Assembly (NCBI GenBank): GCA_018302605.1
Contig: JAGVZN010000019.1
Span: 29,803-93,802 of the forward strand
Direction: 5' to 3'
DNA: 64,000 nt
From: Candidatus Woesearchaeota archaeon
Lineage (GTDB): Archaea; Nanobdellota; Nanobdellia; Woesearchaeales; GW2011-AR9
In this document: positions 57,714 to 64,000 of the stretch, one piece after another
How positions within the stretch are numbered: position 1 is the stretch's first letter
Layout: each line of letters begins with the position of its first letter
Made by a program: the position numbers and the translations under genes
Notes under the pieces: model-generated
Told to the model about the DNA's origin: nothing
What the model saw: only the letters and a program-made list of their open reading frames with translations
The model's database searches: none

Positions 57714-58307
57714 ATGAATCACCTCGCCCTTAAAGTCCATCAGTTCCTGGCAGCGCGGACGCAAGGCCGGCCTTTAGAATTGGGGGATTATCTTCTGGAA
57801 AAGAGAGACAACGGGGCTTACCTTCACCTGATGGGAGGAGAATTAGCTGAATGCGGCGCTACACCGGGAGAAACGTGGGAAGCTGTTTTCGTTCCTTTCT
57901 CTGACGATTTGGAATATCTCCATCAATTCTTTGCCCAGCACTATGATGGAATCCGTCTGGGTGTGGAAGCGCAATATGATCATACGGGACATCTTAGTCT
58001 TGTTGCCGGAGTGGTCTATAATGGAATCACTGATTATTACCGCTGTTTGACCGATGCTGCGGGTATTTCCCGCTATTATGATCATCAGCGACCTACAGAG
58101 GTCGTGCCTAATCAAGATGATTGCTCTATCCAGATTGAGTTTGGCGCTGTCCAGAACGGATTTTCGGTCACTTTTCTTGATGTGGAGAAGAAAGAATTGT
58201 TCTCCAAATCGTTTCCTCAAACATATCTTGCGCTCGAGCAGCGGCTGAGTAGATTATTGAACGATTGTTCGAGAAATCGTCCGCCGAAAACATTCATTCA
58301 GGGGTGA
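57714..58307 (+). CDS. hypothetical protein (197 aa)
   Basis: ORF only; higher GC than the left part of the window. Confidence 0.4.
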   Translation: MNHLALKVHQFLAARTQGRPLELGDYLLEKRDNGAYLHLMGGELAECGATPGETWEAVFVPFSDDLEYLHQFFAQHYDGIRLGVEAQYDHTGHLSLVAGVVYNGITDYYRCLTDAAGISRYYDHQRPTEVVPNQDDCSIQIEFGAVQNGFSVTFLDVEKKELFSKSFPQTYLALEQRLSRLLNDCSRNRPPKTFIQG

Positions 58308-58564
58308 ATTTTCTGGCCCGTCTCCAGGTCATATATTTCGATGATGTTTACCGGACAGACTTGCGCTGCCTCCAGATGTCTCGCCAAAGCGGATTCTTCA
58401 ATGATCAATTCTTCCACCTCATCTGTTTTCACAGTTTGGACATCTTTTAAAGTGGCAATACTCTTCTCTTTGTCATAATGCCATAATTCCGGCGCGGCAA
58501 ACTCACAGGCGCCGGCGCCGATGCATTGACTTTTACGATAGATTATTTTGTATTGTTTGGACAT
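58298..58564 (-). CDS. small ferredoxin-like protein (Cx5C...CP family), paralog 3 of 3
   Basis: MSKQYKIIYRKSQCIGAGACEFAAPELW...QVCPVNIIEIYDLETGQ. Confidence 0.55.
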   Translation of the reverse strand: MSKQYKIIYRKSQCIGAGACEFAAPELWHYDKEKSIATLKDVQTVKTDEVEELIIEESALARHLEAAQVCPVNIIEIYDLETGQKIHP

Positions 58565-58810
58565 GAAGAAGAGAAAGAAAAAGAAATAGTTTAAATGGGT
58601 TGTGGAAGAAAAAGAGATTATTTTTCTTACAAAAGCTCTGAAAGCATTATTTCTGTTTGAGAGGAATGGAAACAGAGTGATTACGATTTGATCATTGTTT
58701 CGCCAAAGTAGGGGTATTCATTGGCTTCAAAGAATTCAAAGCGAAAATGAAGCATTCATTCATCGTACGCAGTGCTTTAAAATATGGAAAAATAATCTCT
58801 TCTTAAATGC

Positions 58811-59356
58811 CTACCTTTCCTGCGTAAACACCTTAAACTCCTCATACCCCGCCAAAATTTTTTCTAGTGTATAAGCACGCACTTTCCCGGCAGCCAACGC
58901 ATCAATCCTTCCCCGCATCAATCCCGGAACGACTAATGATTGGAAAGCCTGATAAATCTGTTCGTATTGATCGGCGGGGAGAACTTCATCAAGAGAGGGG
59001 CGTTTCCCCAGATAATACTGCGAGAGCTCATTCACAAACCGGTCCAGGCGCAGACCCTGGTACGGTCGAGTAAACGCATACCACTGCTTTAACAGATCTC
59101 GCTCTAATTCGGGAAAAGGCTCTTTAATTTCATAACAGCCACGCAGCCGATGGTATTCTGAGATAATCTGCAGGGCATCGAAATCTTGACCGAGCATTTC
59201 TGCGGCAGAAAAGCGCGCTACTTCATTAGTGAAAGAATCACTTTCCCGAGCCAGAAGTACGGAACGCGGAAGAGAATAATCTGGATGGTGCGGGTGATTC
59301 CCCCCCCGAAATGAAAGAGCACGATCTAAAGCCAGTGAAACCATCAGCAAGTTCAA
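58811..59356 (-). CDS. hypothetical protein (181 aa)
   Basis: ORF only; contains a C8 homopolymer at 59301-59308 near the 5' end. Confidence 0.35.
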   Translation of the reverse strand: MNLLMVSLALDRALSFRGGNHPHHPDYSLPRSVLLARESDSFTNEVARFSAAEMLGQDFDALQIISEYHRLRGCYEIKEPFPELERDLLKQWYAFTRPYQGLRLDRFVNELSQYYLGKRPSLDEVLPADQYEQIYQAFQSLVVPGLMRGRIDALAAGKVRAYTLEKILAGYEEFKVFTQER

Positions 59357-59400
59357 GAGGATTTTTTTTATAAAGATTCATTACAGGAAGCGGGCGGGTA

Positions 59401-59640
59401 TCATTTTCTTTTTGTCAGCTGAGCAGGATATTCCCTAAAGAAGTACTCTGCCCAAACATCACGATCGATCCCGACTTGATCGGCATGAATCCAAAAACCA
59501 CGCGCATCCTGAGTGAATAAATTATACGATTGCAACAAGATTTTGCCGGACCAAACAGTCTTTTCCCGATTAGCTGGGTCATAGATTGTCAGGAAATCGT
59601 CGTCTTTCAGGACATGGCACAAAACTAATGTATTGGGCAT
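59401..59640 (-). CDS. hypothetical protein (79 aa)
   Basis: ORF only. Confidence 0.25.
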   Translation of the reverse strand: MPNTLVLCHVLKDDDFLTIYDPANREKTVWSGKILLQSYNLFTQDARGFWIHADQVGIDRDVWAEYFFREYPAQLTKRK

Positions 59641-59890
59641 CCTGAAACGCCCAATGTCCGCCTTCCGTGCCCGTTTCGGAAAAAAAATGGAGGACTCCTT
59701 CCAGCGTCTTTGGGGTATTGGCCTCTGTTTTGTCCACTACCTGATTATAACATCAGCCATTAAAAATCTTATTTACTGAGTTCTGGCATTCCGGCACAAT
59801 CCGAAAATGAGTGATAGTTCAAAAAAGGAGAGTGCCAGCATTCCAAAAACTATATAAAACACGGCGTCCATTGATCAGATTAACAATAGT

Positions 59891-59920
59891 TAAGTTATGT
59901 TAAGTTATGTTAAGGTGTGT
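59891..59920 (+). repeat. 10-bp tandem repeat x3 (taagttatgt, taagttatgt, taaggtgtgt) overlapping the radical SAM start region
   Basis: Read directly at 59891-59920; candidate ATG at 59907 lies inside the repeat, and a second ATG (59922, MAPPTE...) lies just after it. Confidence 0.55.
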
Positions 59921-61457
59921 TATGGCTCCCCCTACGGAAACAGTTCAACGAGAACAGACGGTAACTGGCCTGCCTACGCAAGATGAGGCCGATGCCTGGA
60001 AGCCGGAATATCAGCCTCGTTTTAAACGGATTCTGTTTGTGGTGACCGAAGTATCGGCCAGCTACGGCCGGGCGCTCAACCCGCACTTGGGAGTAGCCAT
60101 GCTCATGGCCTATCTTGACAAGCACGGGATAGAAAATGCGGTCATCGATCTACAGCTGGATTACACCGTTGATGATGTCGTTCAGAAAGCAAAGGAGTCC
60201 AAAGCAGACGCGATCGGCATCACCATGTTTAGTTTCGATTTCGTCAACACCTACAATATTATTGACCAGATCCAGGAAAAGACCGGCTTGCCGGTCATTC
60301 TCGGCGGCGCGCACATTTCCACGGTCAAAGGCGAAGTATTGGAAAGAACAAAAGCCGAATACGCCATCACCCGCGACGGAGAGATTCCCCTCCTGCAGTT
60401 GTGTCTGGGATATCCTCTCGACCAGATCAAAAGTCTGGTCTGGAAGGATAAAGGGGGGAAGATTGTTGAGAACCAGATCCGAAAATTGAATTGGCAATTG
60501 GACGATCTCCCTCATCCAGCGTACCATAAATTTGAATTACAGAGATATATCCACTTTATTGACAAGCGTCTGCCAATCGAGACTTCCCGTGGCTGTCCTT
60601 ATAGCTGCACCTATTGCGATGTCAAGATCAGCATGGGCCAAGCCTTCCGCCCCCGCGGGCCGGAACATATTCTCACCGAGATCAAATACTTTTATGATCA
60701 AGGCTATCGTTTCTTTGAATTTGTCGATGATGTTTTTACCATGGACCTTAATCGGGCCAAGACCGTCTGCCGGATGATCCTCGGCAGCGGAATGAAATTT
60801 CGCTGGAATTGCGCCAATGGCATCCGCGCGGATCGGGTCGATGAAGAATTGCTCCGCCTGATGAAAGATGCCGGCTGTGAATTTGTTGCTTATGGCCTCG
60901 AAAGCGGCAACCCGGAAATGCTCAAGATCATCAAGAAAGCGATCACGCTGGAAAAGGCAACGGAGACGTTTCATCTCACTAAAAGAATCGGGCTGAAATT
61001 CGCGGTTAATTTCATCATCGGCCATCAGGAAGAGACTTTTGAGCGGGCGATGGATTCGATCAGGTATGCCCAATCCATCCCTGCGGATTATGTCAATTTC
61101 TCCAATATGATCCCCTATCCCGGCACGGAGATCTATCAGTGGCTCTGCAATAACGAGAAATCGGGGCGGGCGCGCTTTTTAGTGCCGAAAGAAGAATTCC
61201 TGAAAAATTCGACGACAAAATTAGGATTGCCCGTGTTTGAGACAGATGAATTCAGTTATGCTGAGAGGGTCAAGGCGTTGAAACTCGGCCGTGGGTTAGC
61301 GAAGAAGTCTCATCTAAAATACCGGCTGGGGCCGGTGATCGGCAGTGCGATTTATCAAATATCGCGCAATGATCAAGCGTATAACGCTTTAAGACGTTTT
61401 GCTACCGGGTCACATTTTGGGAAGAGGCTGTATAATCAGTTTAGAAGGGTGTATTGA
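59907..61457 (+). CDS. B12-binding domain radical SAM protein (third paralog, GC-richer)
   Basis: ILFVVTEVSASYGRALNPHLGVAMLMAYL (B12-binding domain) ... ETSRGCPYSCTYCDV (CX3CX2C). The true start may be ATG 59922. Confidence 0.85.
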   Translation: MLRCVMAPPTETVQREQTVTGLPTQDEADAWKPEYQPRFKRILFVVTEVSASYGRALNPHLGVAMLMAYLDKHGIENAVIDLQLDYTVDDVVQKAKESKADAIGITMFSFDFVNTYNIIDQIQEKTGLPVILGGAHISTVKGEVLERTKAEYAITRDGEIPLLQLCLGYPLDQIKSLVWKDKGGKIVENQIRKLNWQLDDLPHPAYHKFELQRYIHFIDKRLPIETSRGCPYSCTYCDVKISMGQAFRPRGPEHILTEIKYFYDQGYRFFEFVDDVFTMDLNRAKTVCRMILGSGMKFRWNCANGIRADRVDEELLRLMKDAGCEFVAYGLESGNPEMLKIIKKAITLEKATETFHLTKRIGLKFAVNFIIGHQEETFERAMDSIRYAQSIPADYVNFSNMIPYPGTEIYQWLCNNEKSGRARFLVPKEEFLKNSTTKLGLPVFETDEFSYAERVKALKLGRGLAKKSHLKYRLGPVIGSAIYQISRNDQAYNALRRFATGSHFGKRLYNQFRRVY

Positions 61458-61662
61458 GGGTGGTTAGGGGTAAAATGGGGTATAACCAATGTTATACGCA
61501 ATTCAAAAAATATTTTTCTACTATGAATAACAAGATAGGCTTTCAAAAGAAATGGATAAATTTGCTTTTTTCTTTTATTATAGAGGGGGATAATATGGTG
61601 TTTTCTCCGCTACGCTCCGAAAACGAATTATTTATAAAGTTCAATCATTAACTTAAAACATT

Positions 61663-63093
61663 ATGGGATACATCTCACAATCCGCAGGCTACTTGTTCTT
61701 GGCAATCTTTGGTATTGCTATGGTGCTGGTCACCTACTTCTTTGCCAGATGGAAAAAGTGGCATACAAAAGAGGGTTTTTTAGTGGCAGGCCGACAAGTT
61801 GGCTGGGGTATTGGAGCATCAAGCATCGCCGCCTCTTGGATATGGGCGCCTGCTCTTTTTGTTTCAGTTCAACTCTCTTATCAAAAAGGGTTAGCTGGTA
61901 TTTTTTGGTTTACTGCTCCAAACATTTTAGCATTGGCAATTTTTGCCTTCCTCGCTCCTCGCATTAGAAAATTATTGCCCGAAGGCTACACCCTTCCGCA
62001 ATATATTCGCCACCGTCTGCAAAGCGAAAAAGTGCACAAAATCTACTTGTTTCCCTACTTTTTTTATCAACTCATGGCGATAACCGTTCAGCTTTTTGCT
62101 GGAGGTAGTTTAGTTTCGCTTCTTACAGGTATACCGCTGACGATTGTTATGCCAATTTTAGCGGTTATCGCTTTAGTCTATACCCTCATTTCGGGGCTTG
62201 AAGCTTCAATCATTACAGATTTTGTGCAGCTTGCTATGATATTCGTTATCGGCGCAATTATTTTGCCAATGACTTGGGCGGCAGCCGGTGGCTCATCAGC
62301 AATCAGTGCAGGATTGAATGGAATCGAGGGAATCAAAAATATCTTTGATCCTGGCGTAGCCTTCTCGCTTGGAATTGTTACCGCAATCGGTTTAATCGCA
62401 GGCGCTATATCCGATCAACAATATTGGCAAAGAACTTTTGCTATCAAGAAAAATCAACTCGTTAAAGCATTCGTTGTCGGAGCATTACTTTTTGGCATTG
62501 TGCCAATCGCTTTATCGACTCTAGGCTTTTTGGCTGCCAACCCTGCGCTTGGTGTTGTTCTGCCAGCAGGTGTTGATGTTTCAATGATTGGCGTGCAAAC
62601 AGTCGCTAACTTATTGCCAACATGGGCGGTATTCTTATTCGTTGTAATGCTCCTCTGCGGTTTGAGCTCAACGCTTGACTCTGGTTTATCCGCTGCAAGT
62701 TCTTTGTGGGTTACTGATGTTAAAAAATCCAAAAACGATGATGAAGCGATAAAATCAGCGAGGGCGGCAATGATTGGAATCACAATTGTTGGTCTGGCAA
62801 TTGCCCCTCAATTTGGCTTATTCCATTTGTGGTGGATATTTAACACAATTGCGGCCTGTATCGTTGTGCCAACAATTCTTAGTTTGTACTGGAGCAGGTT
62901 AGACGCAAGAGGCGTGTTTTGGGGCGTACTTGTCGCCTTTGTAGTCGGCTTGCCACTCTTTATTTATGGCAATGTCATTGATAATCCAGTTTGGACTGTT
63001 GGAGCGTCGTTATTCATTATCGCTATCAGCACCGTTTTCTGTCTGGCAATGCCAAGAAAAACAGCATGGAAACCTGCGGAACTATCAGAATAA
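61663..63093 (+). CDS. sodium:solute symporter family (SSF/SLC5-like) transporter
   Basis: 476 aa, ~13 TM segments; VAGRQVGWGIGASSIAASWIWAPALF resembles the SSF signature region. Confidence 0.7.
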   Translation: MGYISQSAGYLFLAIFGIAMVLVTYFFARWKKWHTKEGFLVAGRQVGWGIGASSIAASWIWAPALFVSVQLSYQKGLAGIFWFTAPNILALAIFAFLAPRIRKLLPEGYTLPQYIRHRLQSEKVHKIYLFPYFFYQLMAITVQLFAGGSLVSLLTGIPLTIVMPILAVIALVYTLISGLEASIITDFVQLAMIFVIGAIILPMTWAAAGGSSAISAGLNGIEGIKNIFDPGVAFSLGIVTAIGLIAGAISDQQYWQRTFAIKKNQLVKAFVVGALLFGIVPIALSTLGFLAANPALGVVLPAGVDVSMIGVQTVANLLPTWAVFLFVVMLLCGLSSTLDSGLSAASSLWVTDVKKSKNDDEAIKSARAAMIGITIVGLAIAPQFGLFHLWWIFNTIAACIVVPTILSLYWSRLDARGVFWGVLVAFVVGLPLFIYGNVIDNPVWTVGASLFIIAISTVFCLAMPRKTAWKPAELSE

Positions 63094-63106
63094 GAAATAA
63101 TAATGT

Positions 63107-63155
63107 GTTTTGAAAAATGAAATTCACCCCTCACCCCTCTTTCATTTTTCAAAAC
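63107..63155 (+). terminator. perfect 16-bp AT-rich inverted repeat hairpin immediately after transporter stop
   Basis: gttttgaaaaatgaaa (63107-63122) / tttcatttttcaaaac (63140-63155) with 17-nt loop ttcacccctcacccctc containing CACCCCT twice; 14 nt after the TAA at 63091-63093. Confidence 0.4.
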
Positions 63156-63545
63156 GGAAAAAATCAAATTTATTCTTGAAAAAGAAAGCCTATCAAATAA
63201 ATGAGAACGAAAAATATTTTTTGAACTCTTCGCCAGCCCTTCGGGACGTTGCACTCTGGCTCGGCCTGCGGCGCGTATAACACAGAATATGCGGTTTCGC
63301 TCGGTTGCACCTCGCTACACTCATATTTGGCAGGGCTACCGCTTCGCGATATTATAGCCCTGCCAAACATCGCATATTCTGAAACGTTATACGCAATTCA
63401 CCTTCCCACCCACAATGGTTCGTTCCCAAAATATCAATCACCTCCCGGCCCAGCCACCAGCTAAACAGATACAATTATTCAACTTAATAGGATATCCATC
63501 TCTCAAGATATAAATTATTAAAAAGGGAACGATAACAATTAGATT

Positions 63546-64000
63546 ATGCCTACACTTACAGAATTAATTGACCATCAAAGGAATTATAATCTTGCTCTTA
63601 TTGAACAGCAGAGACAGGAAGCGCTTAAAGAACCAGACAAACTTTCATTAACATTGGTTAAAAAGCAATTGTATGTTACCAATCATGATAGTCCCAGTTT
63701 AGGGGTTTGGGAAGATGTGCTAGTTCGAGAAGATATTGTTGGTGTCTATCTTTCGACGGCGATGAAAAGCACAGAGATTCAAGATAGAAAGGACGAACTC
63801 CGGCGAGAACTTCGACAAAGAGATCAATTGGATCAAATGCGTGATCAGTGGATCAAAGGAGTCCAAAGAAATGCACGGTTGGAGTATAACACCGAGAGAA
63901 TAGACGTTCCAGTCGCACAAATGGTAGACCAACCAGATGGTGCTTATTGGTTAAAACCCACTAGCAAAGACGAATGTCGCCTATTTAAAATCGAGAATCT
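63546..64000 (+). CDS. hypothetical protein, partial (runs off right window edge)
   Basis: ATG at 63546, open frame to 64000 with no stop (MPTLTELIDHQRNYNLALIEQQRQEALKEP...); charged, coiled-coil-like composition. Confidence 0.35.
   Translation, partial: MPTLTELIDHQRNYNLALIEQQRQEALKEPDKLSLTLVKKQLYVTNHDSPSLGVWEDVLVREDIVGVYLSTAMKSTEIQDRKDELRRELRQRDQLDQMRDQWIKGVQRNARLEYNTERIDVPVAQMVDQPDGAYWLKPTSKDECRLFKIEN

Noticed and set aside
58811-59640. Possibility that 58811-59356 and 59401-59640 are one gene split by a frameshift at the C8 tract (59301-59308)
   Set aside because: The upstream ORF's stop (59401-59403) lies 5' of the homopolymer, so a slip there cannot fuse them; kept as two weak hypothetical ORFs.
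1-64000. Search for tRNA/rRNA genes, CRISPR arrays, transposases, integrases or IS inverted repeats
   Set aside because: No cloverleaf-compatible GTTCxAxTC T-arm or acceptor pairing was found in any intergenic gap, there are no regularly spaced direct repeats, and no ORF has DDE/tyrosine-recombinase motifs. The only candidate mobile-like element is the small nested inverted repeat at 63273-63394, reported as a finding.

Overview
Low-GC (about 40-45% by eye) prokaryotic accessory region, probably archaeal (methanogen-like; could also be an uncultivated bacterial lineage). Essentially all 64 kb is a gene-dense cell-surface glycan / polysaccharide biosynthesis island. Recognisable modules: (a) three B12-binding radical-SAM enzymes (1-1369 partial, 5183-6628, 59907-61457), each near one of three paralogous 88-aa ferredoxin-like proteins; (b) a possible alditol-phosphate / nucleotide-activated polyol block (Rpe-like epimerase, GDPD-like, two NTP-transferases, xylose-isomerase-like TIM barrel, two Zn-dependent alcohol dehydrogenases); (c) Wzx-like flippases, GT2, methyltransferase, CE4 deacetylase and a FemAB-like transferase; (d) an unusual nucleotide-enzyme neighbourhood (17.8-25.7 kb) with two divergent HIT/GalT-like proteins, a Pol-beta-type NTase-like protein, a 1087-aa fusion of an alkaline-phosphatase-family phosphodiesterase, a SpoT-type HD domain and an NTase-like domain, an RHH-like small protein and a second AP-family phosphodiesterase; (e) an acetamidino-sugar module (two WbuX/PseA-like amidotransferases flanking HisH/HisF-like WbuY/WbuZ); (f) a nonulosonic (sialic-like) acid pathway with several unusual fusions (TIM-barrel+NeuB, NeuA+SDR, methyltransferase+DegT, CBS+epimerase); (g) a UDP-2,3-diacetamido-sugar pathway (Gfo/Idh/MocA, DegT, WecB fused to a hexapeptide acetyltransferase) co-operonic with GT2, a flippase-like+methyltransferase fusion and two GT-C enzymes; (h) a split Alg14/Alg13 GlcNAc transferase and a second Wzx in a slightly higher-GC stretch; (i) a sodium:solute symporter flanked by repeated GTATAAC/GTTATAC motifs and a GC-rich nested inverted-repeat element. 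No rRNA, tRNA, CRISPR array, transposase or integrase was recognised. All functional calls are from motif-level reading of the translated ORFs; no database search was run.
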